A stretch of 64,000 bases of DNA, taken from contig CAJUJM010000070.1 in the NCBI GenBank assembly GCA_910586755.1, positions 2,782 through 66,781 of the forward strand, given 5' to 3'. Source of the stretch: an uncultured Lachnospiraceae bacterium. Lineage in GTDB: Bacteria; Bacillota; Clostridia; Lachnospirales; Lachnospiraceae. The notes under the pieces are model-generated. The model saw only the letters and a program-made list of their open reading frames with translations. It had not been told where the DNA came from and did no database searches. The position numbers were made by a program, and so were the translations under genes. Of the stretch, positions 53,406 through 61,588 are shown piece by piece (positions within the stretch are counted from its first letter, which is position 1; each line of letters opens with the position of its first letter).

Positions 53406-55643
53406 ATGAAAGACAAAATTTTTGGCGTATTGCAGCGGGTCGGACGTTCCTTCATGCTTCCGATTGCGATTCTTCCGGTAGCCGGACTTCTGCTGGGAAT
53501 CGGCGGTTCCTTTACCAATGCAACCATGATCAATGCGTACCATCTGGAAGCGGTTCTGGGGCCTGGCACAGTGTTGAACGGGTTTTTAAACATTTTAAAC
53601 AGCTGTGGAAACGTGGTGTTTGATAATCTTCCTCTGCTGTTTGCCATCGGAGTGGCAGTGGGGATGGCAAAGCAGGAGAAGGAGGTGGCAGCCCTGGCCA
53701 GCGTGATTGCCTTTTTTATCATGCATACAGCGATTCACGCGATGCTGGTGCTTTCCGGCAAGCTGGTGACAGCTCCGGACGTGATGGATGCTGCCGGTAA
53801 TGCTCTGGCTGGTATGGTGGGTTCGGTAGAGCAGACCGTAGGGATGCTGGATGGCTCTGTAACAAAGGTCCTGGGCATTTCATCCCTGCAGATGGGCGTA
53901 TTTGGCGGCGTTATCGTGGGCCTGGGAGTTGCGGCGCTCCATAACAAGTATTATAAGATTCAGCTTCCACAGGTGATCTCATTTTTTGGAGGAACCCGGT
54001 TTGTGCCCATTGTCTGCAGCGTGGCGTACATCTTTGTAGGAATTTTAATGTACTTTGTGTGGCCGGTTATCCAGACAGGAATCTACAGCCTGGGAGCTTT
54101 AGTTAACAGCTCCGGTTATGTGGGAACCTGGATTTATGGAATTATTGAGAGAGCTTTGATACCTTTTGGCCTTCACCATGTGTTCTATATGCCTTTCTGG
54201 CAGACGGCCGTTGGCGGACAGCTGGAGGTAAGCGGACAGATGGTGTACGGCGCTCAGAATATTTTCTTTGCCCAGCTGGCCCATGTGGGAGAAATCGCCC
54301 ATTTCAGTGTGAATCCCGGAACCCGGTTTATGACAGGCAAATTCCCCTTTATGATTTTCGGACTTCCCGGGGCGGCTCTTGCCATGTATCAGGTGGCAAA
54401 GCCGGAGAAGAAGCAGGCCGCCGGAGGTCTCCTTATCTCAGCAGCTCTCACGGCAATGCTGACAGGAATCACAGAGCCTTTGGAGTTCACCTTTATTTTT
54501 GTAGCGCCGTTTTTGTACGCGGTTCACAGTGTTCTGGCCGGCGCGGCCTACATGCTGATGCACATTCTCAATGTAGGCGTGGGTATGACCTTTTCCGGCG
54601 GTATCATTGACCTTTTGCTTTTTGGGATTCTGCCTGGCGCAGCAAAGACAAGCTGGTACTGGATTCCGGTTGTAGGCGTGGTCTATTTTGCAGTGTACTT
54701 TTTCCTGTTTAAATATTTAATTTTGAAATTTGATTTGAAGACGCCGGGGCGGGACGACAGCGAGGAGGTAAAGCTGTACCGCAGAAGTGATGTGGATGCA
54801 AGAAAGGCTTCCGGCGACGGACAATCGTCTGTGGATGAGCGTTCTCAGATGATTCTCAATGGTTTGGGCGGAAGAAAAAATGTGGTGGATGTGGACTGCT
54901 GTATTACCCGCCTGCGCTGTACCGTTAATAAGCCGGAGCTGGTAAATGAAGGGATTTTAAAGAAGACCGGCGCGGCCGGTGTGATCAAAAAGGGACAGGG
55001 AGTCCAGGTAATCTATGGGCCTACCGTTCCCAATATCAAAGCAGATCTGGTGGCCTACCTTCCGTCAGCTCCGGATGTGGAGTACCATGGGGAGGAGCCT
55101 GCAGCAGAGGAAAGTAGCGCAGGCGGAAATGAAACAATAAAAAATGATGCAGCAGAGAGCGCAGGGAAAAAGGCCTCTGACGGAAAAAAGACGCCTCTGT
55201 ACAGTCCTTTTACCGGCCGGGTGGAATCCATTGAACATGCGCCGGATGTCACTTTTGCCCAAAAGATGATTGGCGACGGATTTATGGTTATGCCTTCCAC
55301 AGGAGAAGTGCTGGCTCCCTGCGATTTGGAAGTGGCATTTGTATTTCCCACAGGTCATGCCATGGGATTGAAGACAAAAGATGGCATGGAGTTTATGCTT
55401 CACATCGGCGTGGATACCGTAAAGCTGGAAGGGAAAGGTTTTGAGCCCCAGGTCAAAGATGGAGATCAGGTGAAGAAGGGTGAATGCCTGCTGAAATTTG
55501 ATCTGGAATATGTGAAAAATAATGCAGTATCAGAGGCCTGTATGGTGATCTATACAGCTTTGCCAGAAGGCGCGTCCATTGTGGTGCCGGAGGAGAAGGA
55601 GCTGAAGGCCCTGGATTATGCTGCAGATTTGTTTGGTGTGTAA
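53406..55643 (+). CDS. ptsG: PTS glucose-family transporter EIICBA
   Basis: 745 aa. The EIIC membrane domain is followed by EIIB (VDCCITRLRC) and, after a linker, EIIA (HIGVDTVKLEG). Confidence 0.92.
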   Translation: MKDKIFGVLQRVGRSFMLPIAILPVAGLLLGIGGSFTNATMINAYHLEAVLGPGTVLNGFLNILNSCGNVVFDNLPLLFAIGVAVGMAKQEKEVAALASVIAFFIMHTAIHAMLVLSGKLVTAPDVMDAAGNALAGMVGSVEQTVGMLDGSVTKVLGISSLQMGVFGGVIVGLGVAALHNKYYKIQLPQVISFFGGTRFVPIVCSVAYIFVGILMYFVWPVIQTGIYSLGALVNSSGYVGTWIYGIIERALIPFGLHHVFYMPFWQTAVGGQLEVSGQMVYGAQNIFFAQLAHVGEIAHFSVNPGTRFMTGKFPFMIFGLPGAALAMYQVAKPEKKQAAGGLLISAALTAMLTGITEPLEFTFIFVAPFLYAVHSVLAGAAYMLMHILNVGVGMTFSGGIIDLLLFGILPGAAKTSWYWIPVVGVVYFAVYFFLFKYLILKFDLKTPGRDDSEEVKLYRRSDVDARKASGDGQSSVDERSQMILNGLGGRKNVVDVDCCITRLRCTVNKPELVNEGILKKTGAAGVIKKGQGVQVIYGPTVPNIKADLVAYLPSAPDVEYHGEEPAAEESSAGGNETIKNDAAESAGKKASDGKKTPLYSPFTGRVESIEHAPDVTFAQKMIGDGFMVMPSTGEVLAPCDLEVAFVFPTGHAMGLKTKDGMEFMLHIGVDTVKLEGKGFEPQVKDGDQVKKGECLLKFDLEYVKNNAVSEACMVIYTALPEGASIVVPEEKELKALDYAADLFGV

Positions 55644-55698
55644 GAGAAAAGTTTTACAGGACAAATCCGGGGAAATATGTTAATATTAAGATTAAGAG

Positions 55699-55757
55699 TA
55701 TGGCTCAGTTATGCGGCATTTTCAGATTAAGAGGTTGTATGGCTGAGCCATATTTTT
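55699..55757 (+). terminator. Terminator-like hairpin between ptsG and the antiterminator gene
   Basis: TATGGCTCAG (55699-55708) pairs with CTGAGCCATA (55743-55752), followed by T5. The loop is large (34 nt) and contains a direct repeat of the 5' arm. Confidence 0.6.
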
Positions 55758-55792
55758 CCGAAAGAGTAATCAGTTGGCGGGGGATATAGAAT

Positions 55793-56617
55793 ATGTATCG
55801 TGTAATCAAGGTGTTGAACAATAATGGCGTACTGGTTTACGATATGAAGAGGGAGGAAGAGGCGATCCTGCTGGGAAACGGAATTGGCTTCGGAAAGCGG
55901 GTAAATCAGCGCTTTGAGCGGGATGAGAATGCCAAGCGCTATACGATTGTAGACCGGGAGGAGAAAAATAGAAGCGGCCGTCAGGTTTTAAGCGGTATGG
56001 ATATGGAATTTTTGGAGCTGGCTGGCAGAATCGTGGAACTGGCAAAGACAGAGCTGGGAGAATTAAACCCCAATATTCTGATTCCTCTGGCAGATCACAT
56101 CGCAGTGGCCGTGGAGCGGATGCAGAATGGAATTCTCCTGAAGAACCCTTTCCATGGAGATATCCGAATCCTTTATCCGGAAGAATATAAGATTGCATTA
56201 AAGGGCCGGGACATGATACAGGAGTCCTCCGGCTGTATGCTGTGCGAGGATGAGGTGGGATATATTGCCCTTCACATCCGGGCCGGGCGGATGGATGAGA
56301 AGCTGGAAGAGTCCCTTCAGATGATCTCCGTGCTGCGAATGGTGGCATTGATGGTAGAAGAGTCTCTGGGAATTAAGCTGGATCCCCACTCCTTTATGTT
56401 TGAGAGGTTTATGGCCCATCTGCGCTATCTGGTGGTCCGGATCCGGGACGGGGAAGCCATAAGCCTGGATATGGATGAGTATGCAAGAACACGATTCCCT
56501 GAATCCTATGCTTTGGCAGAGAAGATCTGTGTCCGGCTGGGGGAGGAGCTTCACAGACAAGTGCCCCGGGAGGCAGTAGGCCATCTGGGAATACATATTG
56601 AGAGACTGCGGATATAA
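55793..56617 (+). CDS. glcT: PRD-domain transcription antiterminator (BglG/LicT/GlcT family)
   Basis: 274 aa with an N-terminal CAT RNA-binding domain (MYRVIKVLNNNGVLV) and two PRD domains containing conserved His residues. The symbol is inferred from linkage to ptsG. Confidence 0.85.
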   Translation: MYRVIKVLNNNGVLVYDMKREEEAILLGNGIGFGKRVNQRFERDENAKRYTIVDREEKNRSGRQVLSGMDMEFLELAGRIVELAKTELGELNPNILIPLADHIAVAVERMQNGILLKNPFHGDIRILYPEEYKIALKGRDMIQESSGCMLCEDEVGYIALHIRAGRMDEKLEESLQMISVLRMVALMVEESLGIKLDPHSFMFERFMAHLRYLVVRIRDGEAISLDMDEYARTRFPESYALAEKICVRLGEELHRQVPREAVGHLGIHIERLRI

Positions 56618-56618
56618 A

Positions 56619-56654
56619 GACTATCGGACTATCATGGAACGACTATCATGGAAC
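56619..56654 (+). repeat. Short tandem direct repeat (GACTATCATGGAAC x2 plus a partial unit)
   Basis: GACTATCG (56619-56626), GACTATCATGGAAC (56627-56640) and GACTATCATGGAAC (56641-56654). Confidence 0.8.
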
Positions 56655-56666
56655 CAGAAAATTTCA

Positions 56667-56695
56667 TTGACAGCCCCTGATTCCTGTGCTATGAT
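56667..56695 (+). promoter_or_regulatory. rpsO promoter
   Basis: TTGACA (56667-56672), a 17-nt spacer, then TATGAT (56690-56695). A leader of about 90 nt follows before the AAGGAGG RBS. Confidence 0.7.
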
Positions 56696-56789
56696 AGCTA
56701 AGTATGAGTAAACGCCGAAACTCAGCCGTCCGGAAGACTCCAACCGCGGCTTGGTTTGCGGTAAGTTTTGTTTAAGGAGGATTTTTATC

Positions 56790-57056
56790 ATGATTTCTAA
56801 GGAAAAGAAGGCAGCTATTATTGCAGAGTACGGAAGAAAGCCTGGCGACACCGGTTCACCTGAGGTTCAGATCGCGATTTTAACCGCAAGGATTACCGAG
56901 TTAACCGAGCATTTAAAGAGCAATCCCAAGGATCATCACTCCAGACGCGGCTTGCTGATGATGGTAGGTCAGAGACGCGGACTGTTAGACTATTTGAAGA
57001 AGACCGACCTGGAAGGCTACCGTACACTGATTGAGAAGTTAGGCATCAGAAAGTAA
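56790..57056 (+). CDS. rpsO: 30S ribosomal protein S15
   Basis: 88 aa from ATG 56790 (the track ORF starts at 56751). The sequence [29 protein letters not shown]...HHSRRGLL is canonical S15. Confidence 0.95.
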   Translation: MISKEKKAAIIAEYGRKPGDTGSPEVQIAILTARITELTEHLKSNPKDHHSRRGLLMMVGQRRGLLDYLKKTDLEGYRTLIEKLGIRK

Positions 57057-57162
57057 ACCTTCATGCGCCCGACAGCAGACGCACCACCGTACATGAAAGT
57101 CTGGCGGGCGCATCTGGCATACCTGAATGCATGCTGCCTGTTCGGCGGCGGACTTTTTAAAG
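57053..57162. repeat. 110-nt structured intergenic repeat, copy B (rpsO terminator region)
   Basis: 93/110 identical to 12105-12214 without gaps. It has the same two hairpins and a T5 run at 57154-57158. Confidence 0.8.
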
Positions 57163-57177
57163 TATTTTCGGTTCTGT

Positions 57178-57203
57178 TAGGGTGGAGATTTATCTCCGCC
57201 CTA
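57178..57203 (+). other. pnp leader stem-loop
   Basis: TAGGGTGGAG (57178-57187) pairs with CTCCGCCCTA (57194-57203), with one G-T pair. Confidence 0.55.
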
Positions 57204-57269
57204 CACTTGTATCATAGGAGTTTTTATTTCAGAAGGATTCTTTGTTAGATATAAAAAAGGAGACACAAT

Positions 57270-59402
57270 ATGTTTAAGAGTTTCAGTATGGAATTAGGCG
57301 GCCGCACCCTGACCGTTGATGTGGGCAGAGTAGCCGCCCAGGCAAATGGCGCTGCATTTATGCACTATGGCGATACCGTGGTTCTTTCCACCGCCACCGC
57401 GTCTGACAAGCCCAGAGAGGGGATCGATTTCTTCCCCTTAAGCGTTGAGTACGAAGAAAAGCTGTACTCTGTGGGAAAGATTCCCGGCGGTTTTAATAAG
57501 AGGGAAGGAAAGGCTTCTGAGAATGCCATCTTAACCTCCCGTGTAATTGATCGCCCTATGCGCCCCTTGTTCCCCAAGGATTACCGCAATGATGTAACTT
57601 TAAATAACCTGGTTATGTCCGTAGACCCGGACTGCAGCCCGGAGCTTACCGCTATGCTGGGCTCTGCCATTGCGGCTACAATTTCTGATATTCCCTTTGA
57701 CGGCCCCTGTGCCACCACTCAGATTGGCCTGATTGACGGCCAGCTTATCGTGAATCCCACCAATGCCCAGAAGCAGGTTTCCGATATGGCGCTGACAGTG
57801 GCTTCTACCAGAGAAAAGGTGATTATGATCGAGGCAGGCGCTAAGGAAGTTGCCGAGGAGGTTATGATTGAGGCTATTTTTAAGGCTCATGAGGTAAATC
57901 AGGAGATTATTCAGTTTATTGACACCATTGTGGCAGAGTGCGGGAAGGAAAAGCATACCTACGAGAGCTGTGCAGTACCGGAAGAGCTGTTTGCGGCAAT
58001 TCGCGAGATTGTAACTCCTGAGGAAATGGAGGCAGCCGTATTTACGGACGAGAAGCAGAAGAGAGAAGAAAATATCCGCGGTATCACTGCACGTCTGGAG
58101 GAAGCTTTTGCAGAGAATGAGGAGTGGCTGCCCTTACTTGGCGACGCCATTTACCAGTATCAGAAGAAAACAGTCCGCAAGATGATTTTAAAGGATCACA
58201 AGCGTCCTGACGGCCGGGGAATCAAGGAGATCCGCCCGCTGGCGGCAGAGATTGATCTGCTTCCCAGAGTTCACGGTTCCGGTATGTTTACCCGGGGACA
58301 GACCCAGATTTTAAATGCATGTACCCTGGCGCCTTTGTCAGAAGCTCAGAGACTGGACGGTTTAGATGAGAATGAGACTGCCAAAAGGTATATGCACCAC
58401 TACAATTTCCCCTCCTACTCGGTAGGCGAGACCAAGCCTTCCAGAGGACCGGGACGCCGGGAGATTGGCCACGGCGCTCTGGCTGAGAGAGCCCTGGTTC
58501 CGGTACTTCCCAGTGAAGAGGAATTCCCCTATGCGATCCGCACCGTGTCTGAGACCATGGAATCCAACGGTTCCACCTCCCAGGCAAGCATCTGTGCCTC
58601 CACCTTATCCTTAATGGCGGCAGGCGTGCCCATTAAGAGCATGGTAGCCGGTATTTCCTGCGGTCTGGTTACCGGGGAAACCGATGATGATTATATTGTC
58701 CTTACAGATATCCAGGGCCTGGAGGACTTCTTCGGAGACATGGACTTTAAGGTAGGCGGCACCCACAAGGGTATTACCGCAATCCAGATGGATATTAAGA
58801 TTCATGGTCTGACCCGCCCCATTATTGAGGAAGCTATTGCAACCTGCCGGGAAGCCAGAATCTATATTATGGATAAAATTATGGCTCCGGTTATTTCTGA
58901 GCCGAGAAAAGAATTAAGCAAGTATGCTCCGAAGATTCGTCAGATCACCATTGATCCCCAGAAGATTGGGGATGTGGTAGGAAAGCAGGGCAAGGTAATC
59001 AACAAGATTATCGAGGAAACCGGTGTGAAGATTGATATTGAGGACACCGGCGCAGTCAGCGTATGCGGTACAGACGCAGAGATGATTGAGAAGGCAATTC
59101 AGATTATCAACAGCATTGTTACCGATATTGAAGCAGGTATGATATTTACCGGAAAAGTTGCCCGTATCATGAACTTCGGCGCTTTTGTAGAACTGGCTCC
59201 CAATAAAGATGGTATGATTCATATTTCCAAACTGGCAGATCGCCGGGTAGGCAAGGTTGAGGATGTTGTTAACATTGGGGACGAAGTTACCGTAAAGGTT
59301 ATCGAAGTAGACAAGATGGGCAGAATCAATTTAAGCATGCGTCCCAGCGATTTAGCGAAAAAAGAAGAAGCCAGGGAAGGACATGCGGCTGATGCAGAGT
59401 AA
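57270..59402 (+). CDS. pnp: Polyribonucleotide nucleotidyltransferase (PNPase)
   Basis: 710 aa with two RNase PH domains plus KH and S1 domains, and canonical conservation throughout. Confidence 0.95.
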   Translation: MFKSFSMELGGRTLTVDVGRVAAQANGAAFMHYGDTVVLSTATASDKPREGIDFFPLSVEYEEKLYSVGKIPGGFNKREGKASENAILTSRVIDRPMRPLFPKDYRNDVTLNNLVMSVDPDCSPELTAMLGSAIAATISDIPFDGPCATTQIGLIDGQLIVNPTNAQKQVSDMALTVASTREKVIMIEAGAKEVAEEVMIEAIFKAHEVNQEIIQFIDTIVAECGKEKHTYESCAVPEELFAAIREIVTPEEMEAAVFTDEKQKREENIRGITARLEEAFAENEEWLPLLGDAIYQYQKKTVRKMILKDHKRPDGRGIKEIRPLAAEIDLLPRVHGSGMFTRGQTQILNACTLAPLSEAQRLDGLDENETAKRYMHHYNFPSYSVGETKPSRGPGRREIGHGALAERALVPVLPSEEEFPYAIRTVSETMESNGSTSQASICASTLSLMAAGVPIKSMVAGISCGLVTGETDDDYIVLTDIQGLEDFFGDMDFKVGGTHKGITAIQMDIKIHGLTRPIIEEAIATCREARIYIMDKIMAPVISEPRKELSKYAPKIRQITIDPQKIGDVVGKQGKVINKIIEETGVKIDIEDTGAVSVCGTDAEMIEKAIQIINSIVTDIEAGMIFTGKVARIMNFGAFVELAPNKDGMIHISKLADRRVGKVEDVVNIGDEVTVKVIEVDKMGRINLSMRPSDLAKKEEAREGHAADAE

Positions 59403-59456
59403 CGAATCCCACAGAAGGTGTCACAGATACTTTTGATGGATACTTGGTAATAAAAG

Positions 59457-59491
59457 GGCCGCTGTCCCTATGGACGGCGGCCTTGCTATTT
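59457..59491 (+). terminator. Terminator after pnp
   Basis: GGCCGCTGTCC (59457-59467) pairs with GGACGGCGGCC (59472-59482), with one G-T pair. A weak T-rich tract (TTGCTATTT) follows. Confidence 0.6.
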
Positions 59492-59509
59492 ACAGAAAAG
59501 GAAGACAGA

Positions 59510-60874
59510 ATGAAAAAAAAGAAAATTTTTGCAGTAGGTTTGTCACTGATCCTTTCCACAATGGTTCCCTGGTATACGTCCCTGGCGGAGACAGGAGATC
59601 AGGCAGCGCCTCCGGCTCTGGAAGCTCCCCCCTCAGAGGAGGTATTGCCGGAGGAAGTGATGCCCCCGCAGGAGGCATTGCCGGAAGGAGAGGCGCTTTC
59701 TCAGGAAACACCGACAGAGGGAACTGTTCCTCCACAGGAGTCCGGCCCTGCCGCACCACAGGAGGCGGGACCGGCAGCCGGAATGGAAGAGTTTCAGGGA
59801 GGAACCATTTCCCGGGGACAAAACCTGGGGGAAGACTATTCCCAGGTAGGGCCCGGAATGGGAATCAGTACTCCTCAGCAGCCGGGTCAGCCGGATTTTA
59901 CGTCTCATACAGTGGAAAATCCCATTGTCAAGGCAGTGGAAAAATACTCTTATGAGCAGATGGAGGCGGATATCCAGTCCCTTGAAAAACGCTATGGGAC
60001 CGCTCATATGCAGGTCAACACCATCGGCAATTCGGCGGACGGCCGCAAAATTTATGACATTGTAATAGGCAATCCTAATGCTGGAAAACATATCCTGATT
60101 CAGGGGGCTATTCATGCCAGAGAGTATATGAATCCTTTGCTGATGATGAAGCAAATTGAAGATGGGCTGGCATTTTACGATACCGGATATTATAATGGAA
60201 GAAAGCTGTCGGATCTGCTCAATCAGGTGGCAGTCCATTTTGTTCCTATGGCCAATCCGGATGGGGTGGCTTTAAGCCAGTTTGGCCTGGATGCCATTCA
60301 TTCTGCCCAGCTAAAAGAAACCATTCAAAACGCTTACGCTTCCGACATGGCGGCGGGGCGCACCACCCTGGAGTTTGCCCGCTATCTGGAGCGCTGGAAG
60401 GCTAATGCAAGAGGCGTAGATTTAAATCACAATTTTGACGCCCGTTGGATGAATGGCTCCAGTGTGTGGCTGCTGCCGTCTTTTTCCGGATATAAAGGCA
60501 TGACTCCGGTGTCCGAGCCTGAATCTCAGGCCCTGGTAAACTTAATGAATAATGGCCGTCCCTGGGCGGCAGTATTAAATTACCATTCCATGGGAAGGGT
60601 TATCTACTGGGACATTGAGGGCAACAAAGAAACGGCCAAGTCACAGCATCTTGCCCAGCTTATGTCTTCCGCAACCGGAGGTTATCAGATGCTTTACAGC
60701 GGCGGAGGCGGCGGATTCAAGGACTGGGTGCAGCTAAAAGACGGGGCAGTGCCCAGCATTACCGTGGAAACCGGCAAGGCAGAATGTCCTATGCCCATAT
60801 CCGAGTTTGACAGCATTTGGGCGGAGAACCGGGCCGGATGGGCGTTGGTGGCAGATTTTGTCCTGATGTATTAA
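59510..60874 (+). CDS. M14 family zinc carboxypeptidase (secreted, Pro/Glu-rich N-terminal linker)
   Basis: ATG 59510 (MKKKKIFAVGLSL signal peptide). The zinc site is HAREY. The domain is gamma-D-glutamyl-DAP/M14-like. Confidence 0.8.
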   Translation: MKKKKIFAVGLSLILSTMVPWYTSLAETGDQAAPPALEAPPSEEVLPEEVMPPQEALPEGEALSQETPTEGTVPPQESGPAAPQEAGPAAGMEEFQGGTISRGQNLGEDYSQVGPGMGISTPQQPGQPDFTSHTVENPIVKAVEKYSYEQMEADIQSLEKRYGTAHMQVNTIGNSADGRKIYDIVIGNPNAGKHILIQGAIHAREYMNPLLMMKQIEDGLAFYDTGYYNGRKLSDLLNQVAVHFVPMANPDGVALSQFGLDAIHSAQLKETIQNAYASDMAAGRTTLEFARYLERWKANARGVDLNHNFDARWMNGSSVWLLPSFSGYKGMTPVSEPESQALVNLMNNGRPWAAVLNYHSMGRVIYWDIEGNKETAKSQHLAQLMSSATGGYQMLYSGGGGGFKDWVQLKDGAVPSITVETGKAECPMPISEFDSIWAENRAGWALVADFVLMY

Positions 60875-60898
60875 CAAACAGGTTTTAAAGAGGAAAAA

Positions 60899-61570
60899 AT
60901 GTTAGAAATTATAGGGATCCAAAAAAAATACCGAAAGAAGACGGTGCTGTCCGGCGTTTCTCTGTCTGCGGAGCCAGGTCAGTGCGTGGGAATTGTAGGC
61001 GCTAACGGATGCGGAAAGACCACCCTTTTGTCAATTCTGGCAGGGGCCAGAAAAGCAGATGGAGGAAGCCTTAAGGTAGACGGGAAGGAGCTTTTGGGCC
61101 ATCCCTCTTTGCAGGCACAAAAGATTGCTTACGTTCCTCAGGAAAATCCATTTATGGAGGAGTTGTCTGTGAAAGATAACTTAAGCCTCTGGTATAAGGG
61201 GGATCGAAGATCCATGAAACGGGATTTGGAATCCGGAGCGGCTGCTATGCTGGGGATCCATGAATTTTTAAATACCCCCGTGGGAAAGCTTTCCGGAGGG
61301 ATGAAAAAACGCTTGTCTATCGCGTCTGCTCTGGCAGGCCATGAAGAGATCCTGATTATGGATGAGCCGGGAGCAGCCCTGGATCTGGTGTGCAAGGAAG
61401 TGATCCAGAACTATATAAAACAGTATATCAAGCACGGCGGTCTGGTGCTTTTGGCGTCCCATGAGCTGTCCGAGCTGGCAGTCTGCACGAAAATGTATGT
61501 GCTGAAAGATGGAGTGGCCGGGGAGATTCCCTGCGGTCTGACGCCAGCCCAGCTTACCGCCAGGTTTTAA
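60899..61570 (+). CDS. ABC transporter ATP-binding protein
   Basis: 223 aa with Walker A GANGCGKTT, signature LSGGMKKR and Walker B ILIMDEP. Confidence 0.88.
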   Translation: MLEIIGIQKKYRKKTVLSGVSLSAEPGQCVGIVGANGCGKTTLLSILAGARKADGGSLKVDGKELLGHPSLQAQKIAYVPQENPFMEELSVKDNLSLWYKGDRRSMKRDLESGAAAMLGIHEFLNTPVGKLSGGMKKRLSIASALAGHEEILIMDEPGAALDLVCKEVIQNYIKQYIKHGGLVLLASHELSELAVCTKMYVLKDGVAGEIPCGLTPAQLTARF

Positions 61571-61588
61571 AAAGAGGAGGAGAGTAGT

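Noticed and set aside
57063-57248. 61-aa ORF in the rpsO-pnp spacer, and the 71-aa antisense ORF 12032..12247
   Set aside because: Both lie within copies of the 110-nt repeat, where the conserved features are RNA hairpins. They have no RBS and a Cys/Arg-rich composition typical of chance ORFs.
59470-60238. ORFs 59470..59955 (+), 59490..59759 (-) and 59633..60238 (-) overlapping the M14 peptidase gene
   Set aside because: They lie in alternative or antisense frames of the repetitive Pro/Glu-rich linker and have Arg/Gly-rich nonsense composition. The M14 frame has a signal peptide and a zinc motif.
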